The notes beneath the pieces were generated by a model. The model did not search any database. It was given only the letters and a program-made list of their open reading frames with translations, and was not told the origin of the DNA. Both the position numbers and the translations under genes were made by a program. Below are positions 30,058 through 40,365 of a stretch of DNA of 64,000 bases, one piece after another. How positions within the stretch are numbered: position 1 is the first letter of the stretch; each line of letters begins with the position of its first letter. Source of the DNA: an uncultured Candidatus Saccharibacteria bacterium (lineage in GTDB: Bacteria; Patescibacteriota; Minisyncoccia; UBA6257; 2-01-FULL-56-20); NCBI GenBank assembly GCA_965231155.1, contig OZ246418.1, forward strand, positions 42,266-106,265, read 5' to 3'.

Positions 30058-30594
30058 CTACCCGGAAAATGAAGCAAGAAGTTCTCGGAATTTTTCATAC
30101 TCAGGAAGTTGCACTTGTTTCTCAAGTCCTAGATGTTTCAGCGTATCAAAACTGGCCTGATATACAAAAGAATTCGCTCGGCTAGGATCCGAAGAACGCT
30201 CAACCAGTCCTCGCACTAAAAGTGAACGAAGGATGAACATAGAGTTCACTCCGCGCAGATACTCAATTCGTGTTCGAGAGATTGGTCCAAGATAAAGAAT
30301 AATAGAAAGCGTCTCAAGGCTGGCAGGAGTCAGATCTTCGCTCAACTCTTTTTTCATAAACACCTCGAGAAGTTTATGGAATTCTGGCTTGGTTACCAAC
30401 TGGACCTTGCCCTCATGACGAATCAGTCGCACACCACGCTCGGCGCGTTTTAACTCTTCTTCAAACTGATCAAGAAGCGTCTCACATTCTTCAAGTGGCA
30501 AGTTTAAAACCTCGCTCATCTTTTTCAGAGAGAGTGGTTCACCGTGTAAAAAAAGAAGGGCCTCGCATTCGGCGAGTAAATTTCTTGAGCTCAT
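30058..30594 (-). CDS. scpB: Segregation and condensation protein B
   Basis: ALLFLHGEPLSLKKMSEVL winged-helix ScpB signature. Confidence 0.8.
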   Translation of the reverse strand: MSSRNLLAECEALLFLHGEPLSLKKMSEVLNLPLEECETLLDQFEEELKRAERGVRLIRHEGKVQLVTKPEFHKLLEVFMKKELSEDLTPASLETLSIILYLGPISRTRIEYLRGVNSMFILRSLLVRGLVERSSDPSRANSFVYQASFDTLKHLGLEKQVQLPEYEKFRELLASFSG

Positions 30595-31340
30595 AGATTT
30601 TGAGAATTACGCGTAATGATTATATCAGAAAAATGTTCAGATTGTTCAAGGGTAATCGCCTGCTCACGAGCCAAGTGGAGAATAGCCAAAAAAGAAACGA
30701 CTATTTCCGAACGATCAGCGGTGGCGGAAAGTTCTGAGAAAGTTGTGTTTTCGATCTGTCGCAAACGCCCCAAAATAGTGTGCATCTGCTCTTCGAGGGT
30801 AACGACGGCTTCGCGCATCGTCTCCTCTTCTAAAATAATTTTTTCTAGAGATTGCGCCAGTCGCCCGAGGCCAGTTAATAAATTTTCCAGAGATAAGGTC
30901 TGGCCAGGATAAAAAAGTTTCTGTTCTGCTTCTCTTGGTAAATTTTTTGCAATAGAAAGAAAGTAAGGACGGCTGGCCTCATAGGCATCTTTCTGCCAGA
31001 GTTTCTGCACGAGCTTACTGGCCTCCTTAAACTCTCGATAGGCTTTCAGTCTCTCTTCTAGTTGATCTAAACTCCCCTCCTCTTCGGAAGTGAGCGGTAG
31101 TTCGGGTAAAAGGGATTTTGATTTGAGGAGAATCAACTGACTACCCACAACAATAAAATCAGCCAGAAGGGCCGGCGGAGTGTGTTCCAGTTTTTCGATA
31201 TGACGCAAGAAGTCGTCAGTGACCTTGGCCAGACTCAGACGACTGACATCAAGTTTTTCAGATTCGATAAGTTGCAGGAGTTTATCCAGTGGTCCGGAAA
31301 ACTCTCCGAGGCGTAATTCGTAGGGAGATAGTGGCGTCAT
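30591..31340 (-). CDS. scpA: Segregation and condensation protein A (kleisin)
   Basis: YELRLGEFSGPLDKLLQLIESEKLDV N-terminal ScpA signature. 4-nt overlap with scpB. Confidence 0.8.
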   Translation of the reverse strand: MTPLSPYELRLGEFSGPLDKLLQLIESEKLDVSRLSLAKVTDDFLRHIEKLEHTPPALLADFIVVGSQLILLKSKSLLPELPLTSEEEGSLDQLEERLKAYREFKEASKLVQKLWQKDAYEASRPYFLSIAKNLPREAEQKLFYPGQTLSLENLLTGLGRLAQSLEKIILEEETMREAVVTLEEQMHTILGRLRQIENTTFSELSATADRSEIVVSFLAILHLAREQAITLEQSEHFSDIIITRNSQNL

Positions 31341-31433
31341 ACGTTAGTGGCATTATAGGAAAAAATGCCAATGAAATCAAAGAAAAAATGAAATAATTTG
31401 TCTCGTCTTTGAAATACCCCTATAATCCTTTTT

Positions 31434-32570
31434 ATGGCTCTCGCATATCACCGTAAGTATCGACCGAAAAAACTCGACGAACTCGTCGGACAGGAAGAAA
31501 ATATTGAGATTCTCAGAAACGCCGCCAAAGAAGATCGTCTTGGTCAGGCCTACCTTTTTTATGGTTCACGTGGCACAGGCAAAACCACCACCGCACGCTT
31601 GGTGGCAAAACTCCTCAACTGCGAGAAACGCGTCAGCGATCCGAAGTTTGCCAAACTCGGCGAGCCTTGTGGCGAGTGTCAGTCATGCTTAGAGATTGAT
31701 TCGGCCAATGCCATCGACCTTATTGAAATCGACGCCGCTTCAAATCGTGGTATCGACGAGATTCGAAATCTCAAAGAGAATATTCGCACTGCTCCCACCT
31801 CAAGTAAGTACAAGGTCTACATTATAGATGAAGCGCACATGCTCACTCGTGAGGCTTCGAACGCACTCCTCAAAACACTCGAGGAACCTCCGGCGCACAC
31901 TACTATTATCCTCGCCACCACTGAATACGAAAAACTCCCTCCGACCATCACCTCGCGCACGCAACGCTTCCTCTTTAAAAAACTGACCAAACCAAAAATT
32001 ATTGAAAAACTTCAACGCATCGTTGATGAAGAAAAAATTAATATTGAGCCTGACGCCTTAGAGCTCATCGCCGCGCTCGGCGAAGGCAGTCTCCGCGACG
32101 CCGAATCGCTCCTTGATCAGATGGCGTCTTTCTCTGGTGCACTGGCTAAAAAGAAAGAGGATCTTCTGACCGTTGCCTTAGTTGAAAAACTTACTGGCCG
32201 AGTGGGTATGAAAAAAATTCACGGTCTCTCGGAGCTGATCTTAAAAAACGACGCCAAAACTGTAGTCGAATATCTGGAAAAAGTTGACGAAGAAGGACAC
32301 GACTTGGTGCGATTTACCAAAGATTTAATCCACTATCTTCGCAAAGTCATCGCCCTCAATGTGAGCGCGGAATTAGAGAAAGATTTCCAGTCAGAAATGA
32401 CCGACGAGGAGATTAAAAAACTGAAAAGCCTGGCCAGCCTTATTCATCGAGAAAAACATATCGCTCTGCTACGCAATCTCATTCGAGCCTATGCCGATAT
32501 GCGATACTCACCTTTTGCGCTGATTCCCTTGGAGATTACCCTTGTCGAACACTTGGAATCGAAGAAATAA
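31434..32570 (+). CDS. dnaX: DNA polymerase III subunit gamma/tau (short form)
   Basis: YRPKKLDELVGQE, Walker A GSRGTGKTT, zinc module CGECQSC, sensor motifs. Confidence 0.85.
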   Translation: MALAYHRKYRPKKLDELVGQEENIEILRNAAKEDRLGQAYLFYGSRGTGKTTTARLVAKLLNCEKRVSDPKFAKLGEPCGECQSCLEIDSANAIDLIEIDAASNRGIDEIRNLKENIRTAPTSSKYKVYIIDEAHMLTREASNALLKTLEEPPAHTTIILATTEYEKLPPTITSRTQRFLFKKLTKPKIIEKLQRIVDEEKINIEPDALELIAALGEGSLRDAESLLDQMASFSGALAKKKEDLLTVALVEKLTGRVGMKKIHGLSELILKNDAKTVVEYLEKVDEEGHDLVRFTKDLIHYLRKVIALNVSAELEKDFQSEMTDEEIKKLKSLASLIHREKHIALLRNLIRAYADMRYSPFALIPLEITLVEHLESKK

Positions 32571-32600
32571 AAAGAGCGATTCTGTAAAAAGATCGCCCTA

Positions 32601-34025
32601 TTAGATAGAAAGCCTTTTCGTGATGATTGTGCGTCGGAGAGCAAATGCCCGATGCACAATCTCAGCGCCAGATTCTGAAGCATCCCTCGCGTGAGGTTGG
32701 AGTGAGTAGCGTCCTCCTTCCGTTCCCGCGTTGTCGTTCTTCAGAACAACACCGAGCTGGACAAGTCGGAGAATGGTCTTCCGAGTCGGTTCCCGCTCTA
32801 AGCCATGAGCTGATGCCGCCTTCAAGAGATCTCGTTCCCCAATTCGACGCATCCCGACATATGGTTCGTGACGGCCGGGACGAAGAAGAATGAGAATGAT
32901 CTCCTTAGCTAGACCCTCATCAACATCCTCAGGCAAGAGGCCTGCGACATCAAAGAGATCGAAGATCCTTACCCGTTCTTCGGAAGAGTGGATGATTTCT
33001 TCGACTGCATCAGAATGAGGGAGTTCCTCCGGCATCTCGTCTGGCCAGACGAGACTTCTGGCATCGAGAATACGATGTCGAGCTTTCCGCAGTCGTCGCA
33101 TTGTATCTGGAAGATCAAGCTCTGCGATGTATCCACGGATTTGCTCCTCAGACTCCTCTGAGGGTGCAAGAAAGAGGAGTCTTCTCAATTCCTCGATGAT
33201 GCCCTCACACTCAGAGTGAATCTCCTCAGGAGTAATCTCTGGCGTAGGTTCGGGATGTGGGCAAGGAGGACCCGCGAAAGGAATCCTCTGTCTCTTTGGT
33301 CTTGGCAAAGAAGGCGAAGGTGGTCGATACACCTGTCGAGCTGGTTTTACAATTCGCCTCTGCTTTCTCCTCCTCACCATAATGAAACCGAGCACAGTGA
33401 GCGCCGACAGTCCGCCGGTCATTGAAGCAATGACAAACGGGAAATCGGTGATTAGTGGTTCGATCTTCGGAGTCAGGAGAGTCTGAATCTCCTCATCTCC
33501 AAGTTTCAGAATGGAAACAAGCTCAGAAACACCGACTGGCGTCTTCACGTATAAATTGAAGGCGACCTGATAGGATCTCTCTCCGTGATCATGGAGACCT
33601 GTTCGGTCGATATACTCCTTGCCTTCCGGAGACACTCGCCTGAAACCAAGGTAGGGGCTCCCGGGGGCGGTGGGTGGAAGCAGGACTTCGAACTGAATGT
33701 ATGCTTCCCGTTTCCGGAGCGTATCGCCCGAAGACCCTTCATTCAACCAGATGATATGCGCCAACCGAAGATCGAAAGAAGAGAGACTCACTCCTTGCGG
33801 AGCAGGCACTCGCTTCTCCTGCTGATCCTTGAGCTGTTTCTGATCTTCCTCGGGAACATTGTCTTCCAGCGTTCCCACCTCAGCAACAACTCTGAGTTTC
33901 CTCGCCTGCAAAACCTCCTCGAGACGAGAAAGATTTTCCAGAACCTTGACCTCTCCAGCTATCGCCCGGTTAGACCCCGCACAAAGGAGCCAGCCGAACA
34001 AAAAAGCTGAAACCAACCTTTTCAT
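32601..34025 (-). CDS. Secreted/membrane-anchored hypothetical protein, compositionally GC-rich
   Basis: Signal peptide MKRLVSAFLFGWLLCAGSNRAIAG, one internal TM, Arg/Pro/Glu-rich C-terminal half. Codon usage is visibly more GC-rich than neighbours. Confidence 0.4.
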   Translation of the reverse strand: MKRLVSAFLFGWLLCAGSNRAIAGEVKVLENLSRLEEVLQARKLRVVAEVGTLEDNVPEEDQKQLKDQQEKRVPAPQGVSLSSFDLRLAHIIWLNEGSSGDTLRKREAYIQFEVLLPPTAPGSPYLGFRRVSPEGKEYIDRTGLHDHGERSYQVAFNLYVKTPVGVSELVSILKLGDEEIQTLLTPKIEPLITDFPFVIASMTGGLSALTVLGFIMVRRRKQRRIVKPARQVYRPPSPSLPRPKRQRIPFAGPPCPHPEPTPEITPEEIHSECEGIIEELRRLLFLAPSEESEEQIRGYIAELDLPDTMRRLRKARHRILDARSLVWPDEMPEELPHSDAVEEIIHSSEERVRIFDLFDVAGLLPEDVDEGLAKEIILILLRPGRHEPYVGMRRIGERDLLKAASAHGLEREPTRKTILRLVQLGVVLKNDNAGTEGGRYSLQPHARDASESGAEIVHRAFALRRTIITKRLSI

Positions 34026-34160
34026 ACCCTACCCCTTTCTCCCATATGGGAATGACTATGATCTACCCGCAGTATAGCAGAGAACTAATCCCCTTCAAGG
34101 TTCCTCGAAAAATAGTCCGAAGGTTGAAAAATATCCAATTTCTTACTACCATACGAAAGC

Positions 34161-34187
34161 TACACTATATTCTTGCAATATAGTGTT
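34161..34187. repeat. Perfect 9-bp inverted repeat (ACACTATAT-N7-ATATAGTGT) just upstream of tRNA-Gln
   Basis: Seen directly in sequence; located in the divergent region between the 32601-34025 gene start and the tRNA. Confidence 0.3.
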
Positions 34188-34195
34188 TTCTTACT

Positions 34196-34266
34196 TGCCG
34201 GGTCGTCTAATGGTAGGACAACGGACTCTGAATCCGTTTATCTTGGTTCGAATCCAGGCCCGGCAG
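34196..34266 (+). tRNA. tRNA-Gln (anticodon CTG)
   Basis: Manual cloverleaf: acceptor TGCCGGG/CCCGGCA, D-arm GTCT-AATGGTA-GGAC, anticodon arm ACGGA-CTCTGAA-TCCGT (anticodon CTG), T-arm CTTGG-TTCGAAT-CCAGG, discriminator G. Confidence 0.8.
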
Positions 34267-34360
34267 CAGTCTAGTTTAGTATCGATGGACCAGGAGCTGT
34301 AATAAATGACACCCAATAACCTGGACGGGTTATTAAGAAAACTATACTCTTGTTCTCATA

Positions 34361-37300
34361 ATGTTTGACGCTTCTGACTTACAGCTTAATCCCAAAGAAA
34401 TAGATCCTCCCGGAAGTCCGGATAAGTTCGAAGCTTTCTGTTGCGCACTAGTACGAGAAGTCTGGAAGGATCCTACAGCTGGACGCATTGGACGATCAGG
34501 ACAGAAGCAGAACGGGCTCGATGTTATTGCCCGTTACAACATGGGAGCAGAATATTGGGGACTACAGAGCAAGAACAAGGATTCTTTAACAGGCTCCCTC
34601 TCAAGGAGCGATGTAGAAGTAGAAGTGGAAAAAGCTAAAGGATTCACACCCCCACTGAAATGTTTTTACATTGTAACCACTCTTCCACGAGATCAAGCCC
34701 TTCAAGCTATCGCACGAGATATTACATCTAAGAATCTTTCTCTTGGACTTTTTTCTGTACACTTTTGGTTTTGGGAAGATATTTGCGAGCACCTTCTCGA
34801 ACATCGAGAGCTTCTTTACATCTATTGGCCTCATTTACGTCCTGGGACACAAACTAATCCGAGCAGTGCTCCTTCTTCTATCAAGAAAGGTACCGAGAAG
34901 ATTCTTGAAGATGAGGCAAATCTTCGGGAAACCAATATCACGAACTCTGGAACTGGCACCATTAACATCGCCATCGGAGATGGCGGGACCGTTACTGTTA
35001 TCCCCGACGAAAAGAAAGAGATCCACGCCAAACTCGATATAATTCGAAATTACATCGATGAAAATATCCCCATAACAGCCCTGCGTGAATTGGAGCAGAT
35101 CAAAAAGGATCACTGGGTAACCGCAGATAGTATATTGAAATTCAGAATTCTAACTAACATTGCCGCTTCAGAATCGAAGGTAGGCAAAGAAAGTGACGCT
35201 GGGAAACATTTCATCGAAGCTCTTCAATACAATCCTAATGACGAAAAGGCTTTATGCAATGCGGCAACCGGTTATCTTATTCAAGAAGATAAAGAAGAAG
35301 CACGGAAATATATTCAGAAGGCATTGATGATAAACCCAGCTAGCGACCGTGCTTTTTCTTTAACGATTTACGCTGCGCCTACTGGTGCATTTATCGAAGA
35401 ACTTCAAAAGAATATCCCTTCGATAAACCTAAGGTCTGCCCCTGTTTCTTATGCCATTGGATTCGTCTTAAGAGCTAGGGGTGAACTTGAGGAATCAATC
35501 CCATGGTTCAGACAAGCAGCCGATATGGCACCTACGGATATAGAGATGAGCACTTCGTTAGCTGAGACATTACTTCAGACAATTATTGATGATCAGTCTG
35601 TTGTGTTCGGCCAACAATTGACTGAAAAAACACGAAACCTCTTAAACGAGATTGATGACATATTTAAGAAAGCGTGGAATACAGTGTCCAACAAAGAGAT
35701 AAAAGTATATAGAACAAGCTGGCTTTTGAATCGCAGTCTCGTAAATAAATTATTGAGCAACTACGATATTGCAATTCGGACAGTAGACGAGGCGCTTGAG
35801 TTAAGACCAGATGATCTGAGTGTGATTAAGCAAAAAGCGATTCTTCTCTTTGAAGGCGGAAGGAAAGATGAAGCTCTTGTGTTTATTAAGGATATAATCA
35901 AAGATACCTCAAAACCGGAGATGGTTATCCCGGCCGCTGCGCTCCTTGCAAGCACATCTCATTATGATGAGGCGCTCGAGATACTTAATAGTTTAAAAAA
36001 TAAAACTGACGACAAGAAAGCTATCGCCGAAGCAAACCGGATGCTCGTTGATTTACTAGGAGCGGTGGGCAAATTTGAGGATGCTAGAATCTTGTCTGAC
36101 CAAATAATGATTGCGGAACCTGATAATATTGGATATTACATTGATCGAGCGAATCTTCACTCAGCAATAAAAGATACGGACGGAGTCCAAAAATATATTG
36201 ACCAAGCAAAAATTCGGGCAAATGAAAGTTCTTCCAAAAGAGAGCTGATCGAACTAGCCAATGCCTTATATAAATTTGAGAAATTTGCTGATGCAAGTGA
36301 TATCTTCACTTTGGTTGCTGATAAAAACACAGACTCCGATCTCACGCGAAAGCTACTTAATAGTTATTACCGCGCCGGCAAACTGGGGGAAGCTCTGAAA
36401 GTGATCCAAGCTCTTAAGGCCGGAACTGTGTCTTCCAATAAATATCTTGTAGAAATGGAATCCTCAATTTATGAGGAGATTGGAAACTGGCAAAAGGCGA
36501 AAGAAATATGCCTCGAATTCTTCAAAAAGAATCCCGAAGACAACGAGATTAAGATTCGATATGCCGCTGCCTTATTGAGGAGTAGCACCACGGAAGACCT
36601 AAAAGAACTTGATGAACTACTCGACTCGGAAATTGATACTTCTGATTTCTCTTTTAATTTATGGATGCAACTGATAAATCTATATGAATTTCGGGGACGA
36701 GTAGGACGTGCGATTGCTTCAGCATATGAAGCCCGAAGAAAGTTCTTCAATATGCCCGAAGCACATATTCAATACGTTGGTGTTTTTTTCCGGCGCGAGA
36801 AAGTCCTCGACCCAGAGCTTAACTGTTTGGAAGCACAGGAGAATTCAGCGATCCTTTTGGGAGATGGCTTATCCAACGACTGGTTTATACTTGAAAAACG
36901 AAAAGATTCTGACTTAAATAAAAAAGAAATAAATCCCGATCATCCTCTATTTTCTCTTTTACTTGGGAAGAAGACTGGTGATGAAATTATTGTGCAAAAC
37001 ACGGGACCAATCCCTGACAAGAGAAAGATACAAGAGATTAAACATAAATTTGTTTATGCCCTGCACGATAGTTTAAATAATTTCAGTTCTAGATTCCCTA
37101 CGGCTGGTGGTCTTTGGGGTATTAAAGTAGGCACTACAACAGACTCCTCTGAGGGAGAGGCGCCTAACGGGATAAAGCTAATACTTGATCAAGTTTCTAA
37201 GCATGACAATTTCATCCATAAGGTAGAGGATTATTACAATAAGGGTCGGCTCACTCTTGGGGCATTCGGCAAGTTAATTGGGAAAGATGTATTGACTGTC

Positions 37301-38335
37301 TGGGGCGGTATCATTTCTTCTCAAGGCTCTGGAATCCAAGCTTCTCTTGGAACTCCTCAAGAACTTAAAGAAAGCACCCTACTCCTAAGACGCGTCCCTC
37401 CATTGAAACTAGTTATTGATCCTGTTTCTATTATGACAATTCACGGTATGGGAATGGCCGATAGTCTGATAAAGATATTTGGACGACCGATAGTTACTTC
37501 CTCAACAGTTGATCTCATTCGAGTTGCTATTGCAGAGAAAGGAGGTCTCGGCTCAGACGGCTATATGAGCATCGCTAAGGAAGGAGACAAGTTCGTTAGA
37601 AACGAAGTTACTCCTGAGCAAATGACAAAACATATTCAGTATCTCGATTCGATTGCGAAATGGATTGAGAATAATTGCGACATACTTCCTTGTGAACCCG
37701 CTCTCTCTATAGACAGAGATATCCGAAAAAAGAACGAAGAGATTCTAGGCAGAGAATCCTATGAAACAATATTACTTGCGGCTCAACCTGGAAACCTTTT
37801 ATATTCTGACGATGAACGACTTCGCGCGCTCGCTCGGAATGACTACAATTGTACTCCTGGTGTTTGGACTCAACTCTTGATGATGGAGATGCGAGAGAAG
37901 AATGTCATTACAAAAGAAGCGTACGCACAAGCTATTCTTAAACTACTCAACTCTAAATATCGACACACAAGTGTTAGCAAGGAAGTGATGGTAGAAGCAG
38001 CAATTCAGGCCTCATGGAAGATCCGGGAGCCACTCACAAGCGTCCTCGCAAAACTTAAAGAAGGAGATGCTGATACCAAATCAGCCGCGGCAGTAAGCGC
38101 AGAGTTTCTTTTAGAGATTTGGAATAAAGAAAATGCTATGTCTCCCGAAGAGAAGGAAAATATGACGAGTTATCTAGCTGGAGTTCTGGTAGAGAATCGG
38201 TCGTTCACAGATGTGCTCTTCCAATTGAGAGCCGAGCTTGCACGAGTTTTCAAGAGTAATTCTCTTGAAAAAGAAGAGGTGATGTCGGCATTACGTGCTT
38301 GGGCCAAAGAGAGCGGTATCACTTACGAAATTTAG
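34361..38335 (+). CDS. Giant multi-domain protein: N-terminal Mrr-cat-like (PD-D/ExK) nuclease domain, central TPR array, C-terminal alpha/beta domain of unknown function (possibly PIN-like)
   Basis: N-terminus FEAFCCALVREVW...GRSGQKQNGLDVIA...EYWGLQSKNK matches Mrr_cat pattern (FE..L...G....RSG..DgGiDvia....vQcK). More than 12 TPR-like helical repeats in residues 230-760. C-terminal LKLVIDPVSI...LYSDDERL is suggestive of a PIN-like acidic pattern. No Walker A found. Confidence 0.55.
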   Translation: MFDASDLQLNPKEIDPPGSPDKFEAFCCALVREVWKDPTAGRIGRSGQKQNGLDVIARYNMGAEYWGLQSKNKDSLTGSLSRSDVEVEVEKAKGFTPPLKCFYIVTTLPRDQALQAIARDITSKNLSLGLFSVHFWFWEDICEHLLEHRELLYIYWPHLRPGTQTNPSSAPSSIKKGTEKILEDEANLRETNITNSGTGTINIAIGDGGTVTVIPDEKKEIHAKLDIIRNYIDENIPITALRELEQIKKDHWVTADSILKFRILTNIAASESKVGKESDAGKHFIEALQYNPNDEKALCNAATGYLIQEDKEEARKYIQKALMINPASDRAFSLTIYAAPTGAFIEELQKNIPSINLRSAPVSYAIGFVLRARGELEESIPWFRQAADMAPTDIEMSTSLAETLLQTIIDDQSVVFGQQLTEKTRNLLNEIDDIFKKAWNTVSNKEIKVYRTSWLLNRSLVNKLLSNYDIAIRTVDEALELRPDDLSVIKQKAILLFEGGRKDEALVFIKDIIKDTSKPEMVIPAAALLASTSHYDEALEILNSLKNKTDDKKAIAEANRMLVDLLGAVGKFEDARILSDQIMIAEPDNIGYYIDRANLHSAIKDTDGVQKYIDQAKIRANESSSKRELIELANALYKFEKFADASDIFTLVADKNTDSDLTRKLLNSYYRAGKLGEALKVIQALKAGTVSSNKYLVEMESSIYEEIGNWQKAKEICLEFFKKNPEDNEIKIRYAAALLRSSTTEDLKELDELLDSEIDTSDFSFNLWMQLINLYEFRGRVGRAIASAYEARRKFFNMPEAHIQYVGVFFRREKVLDPELNCLEAQENSAILLGDGLSNDWFILEKRKDSDLNKKEINPDHPLFSLLLGKKTGDEIIVQNTGPIPDKRKIQEIKHKFVYALHDSLNNFSSRFPTAGGLWGIKVGTTTDSSEGEAPNGIKLILDQVSKHDNFIHKVEDYYNKGRLTLGAFGKLIGKDVLTVWGGIISSQGSGIQASLGTPQELKESTLLLRRVPPLKLVIDPVSIMTIHGMGMADSLIKIFGRPIVTSSTVDLIRVAIAEKGGLGSDGYMSIAKEGDKFVRNEVTPEQMTKHIQYLDSIAKWIENNCDILPCEPALSIDRDIRKKNEEILGRESYETILLAAQPGNLLYSDDERLRALARNDYNCTPGVWTQLLMMEMREKNVITKEAYAQAILKLLNSKYRHTSVSKEVMVEAAIQASWKIREPLTSVLAKLKEGDADTKSAAAVSAEFLLEIWNKENAMSPEEKENMTSYLAGVLVENRSFTDVLFQLRAELARVFKSNSLEKEEVMSALRAWAKESGITYEI

Positions 38336-38340
38336 ATTCA

Positions 38341-39627
38341 CTATTCTAGGGTTAACTTCTTGTCTATTAAGATCAACTTACTTCTAAATGATTGCATCAA
38401 CTCTCGCTTCTCTTCTAAGATTCCATCTTTAAGTAGGTATTTCGCATACGATCGCAAGTCAGTTTTGTTTTGCTCTAACCTTTCTTTCTCGTCTAGGCCA
38501 AGCACCTTATTTCGAAAGTGACCGAACCGCTCCATCTCTTTTTCCAACTTCTGTCTTATGCCAATAGAATTGAGATCAATTTTATCCATAAGCTCCAAGA
38601 GTTGGGCAATTAAGACTTTTTCTTCAATATATCCGCCCTTGCAATTTCTATCTTTGAACCGAGTACAGCCATAATAGATATATTTTGCTATTGTTCCATC
38701 TTTAAGATTCTTATACTTCTCCTCTGCCGATATCCCCGAACCACAAAGCCCGCAGGACATAAGACGAGTGAATGCAAACTCTCCATGCTTTGTCCTGACT
38801 TTCCGCTGAAGCTGCAATTGCTTCTGTGTTGAGTCAAATAGTTCTTTTGTAATAATCGGAATGTGTTTTCCTTGAAACCATCTTCCACTCCCCCGAGGAT
38901 ATTCGTATCTTCCGTAGTAGAAAGTATTGTTAAAAAGAATGTACACATTACTCAACGTAAATGGTTTCCCATTTCTTGATACAAATTTTATTTCACGAAG
39001 CCATTCGTAAACTTTTCTGCCGCTCCAACCCGTTAAAGCAACTTTCTCGAACATTTCTTTTACAATAGGAGCGCGCTCAGGATCAATGAAAATATGGCCC
39101 TTCTCGTCGACATTTTTTGAATTCAGATAGCCAGTAGGCGCTACCGATGGCCAAAGCCCCATCTCGCACTTGGTTTTCAATCCCCTTTTTACATTTATGC
39201 TCTTATTGTCATTCTCTAGTTTTGCCTGGGAGCCAAGAATCATGAGGAGAAATTTCTCATTAGGATTATCAGTGAACCTCTGACTGTAAGTCTTGATCTC
39301 AACTAGTTTCTTTTGATCAAAGAGGTCAACAATTGCTCCGAGATCGCCTGCGTTGCGACTCAGTCGATCTGGATGCCAGACTAGGATACCATTGAACTTA
39401 TCCTCCCGAATGTCGTTAAGAAGCTTGTTGAATACTGGACGTTGTCCACAGTCTTTAGCTGAGTGTGATTCTCTGTAAATATCAGTAACGTTCAGATTGT
39501 CTCGCTGCGCCACCAACAACATCTCCTTTGTTTGAGAGTCTATCGAAAGAGCCTGCTTCTCCTCTGCTTCGCTAGATTTCCTCGCATAGAGGCAGTAACG
39601 GACCTCCTGAGCTATTTCTGTATCCAT
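38341..39627 (-). CDS. Large serine recombinase (resolvase N-domain + recombinase domain + zinc ribbon)
   Basis: YCLYARKSSEAEEKQALSIDSQ catalytic Ser region, then recombinase domain and C-terminal CGLCG...C..C zinc ribbon. 428 aa. Confidence 0.85.
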   Translation of the reverse strand: MDTEIAQEVRYCLYARKSSEAEEKQALSIDSQTKEMLLVAQRDNLNVTDIYRESHSAKDCGQRPVFNKLLNDIREDKFNGILVWHPDRLSRNAGDLGAIVDLFDQKKLVEIKTYSQRFTDNPNEKFLLMILGSQAKLENDNKSINVKRGLKTKCEMGLWPSVAPTGYLNSKNVDEKGHIFIDPERAPIVKEMFEKVALTGWSGRKVYEWLREIKFVSRNGKPFTLSNVYILFNNTFYYGRYEYPRGSGRWFQGKHIPIITKELFDSTQKQLQLQRKVRTKHGEFAFTRLMSCGLCGSGISAEEKYKNLKDGTIAKYIYYGCTRFKDRNCKGGYIEEKVLIAQLLELMDKIDLNSIGIRQKLEKEMERFGHFRNKVLGLDEKERLEQNKTDLRSYAKYLLKDGILEEKRELMQSFRSKLILIDKKLTLE

Positions 39628-39669
39628 ACCCCAATGGATGACGCAGACCTCCGAGGAAGTCCAGGGCTC

Positions 39670-40344
39670 TCAAGAACCCTTTATCAGCCTCACTAATTCG
39701 GCAAACTGATTTGCTCCAATATTTCCTTCGCTAATATATGGCTTTTGAGGATTGCATGTGGCGTATGGAATCTTGGTTAAAAAAGGAACAGCTTCTCTCC
39801 AAATCCGTTCACCGCGCATAACGATGACGACTGGGTTTCTTTTTAAGGCATTCCCAACAAGATGCACCGAGTAACGCTGCGAGGGTAGTAGCTCTCCTTT
39901 CCATTGATACTTAACCGAGTGATAAGGAAAGTACTCAACGCAAAATATCTTTTTGGATAGCTCTTCCCACCCTACATTCACTGCACGCATGAGCGGCCCA
40001 ACCCTTCCTTTCCACCACTCATGCCCGGCTTGCGATACCTCAGCGAGTGCCGGGTTGAAGGGATAAAAAGGATAGTCATCAAACTGATGTAAGAAGTTTG
40101 ATCGAGCAATACTACTGAATAATTCACAGGCTTTTTCTGACCCAGTTTCTAATCCATATCCAGGATTGAGGTTAAGGAGAATAATTGGCGCGTCTGGATT
40201 ACCGACATAAGGAGATGGCAGCTGATCTAATAATATCTTCCCTTTGGGATCACGACATCGATCATTGAAGACTTCGATTGCCTTTTCATCTTCAGAAAAG
40301 ATAAATGGCGGAACTGTAGGCAGATGCGTCCAAGGATTTCTCAT
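39670..40344 (-). CDS. Hypothetical protein (weak uracil-DNA-glycosylase-superfamily-like N-terminal motif)
   Basis: PYVGNPDAPIILLNLNPGYG loosely resembles UDG family motif A. Otherwise ORFan. Confidence 0.35.
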   Translation of the reverse strand: MRNPWTHLPTVPPFIFSEDEKAIEVFNDRCRDPKGKILLDQLPSPYVGNPDAPIILLNLNPGYGLETGSEKACELFSSIARSNFLHQFDDYPFYPFNPALAEVSQAGHEWWKGRVGPLMRAVNVGWEELSKKIFCVEYFPYHSVKYQWKGELLPSQRYSVHLVGNALKRNPVVIVMRGERIWREAVPFLTKIPYATCNPQKPYISEGNIGANQFAELVRLIKGS

Positions 40345-40365
40345 AGCCCGAGGGGATAGGAGTCG

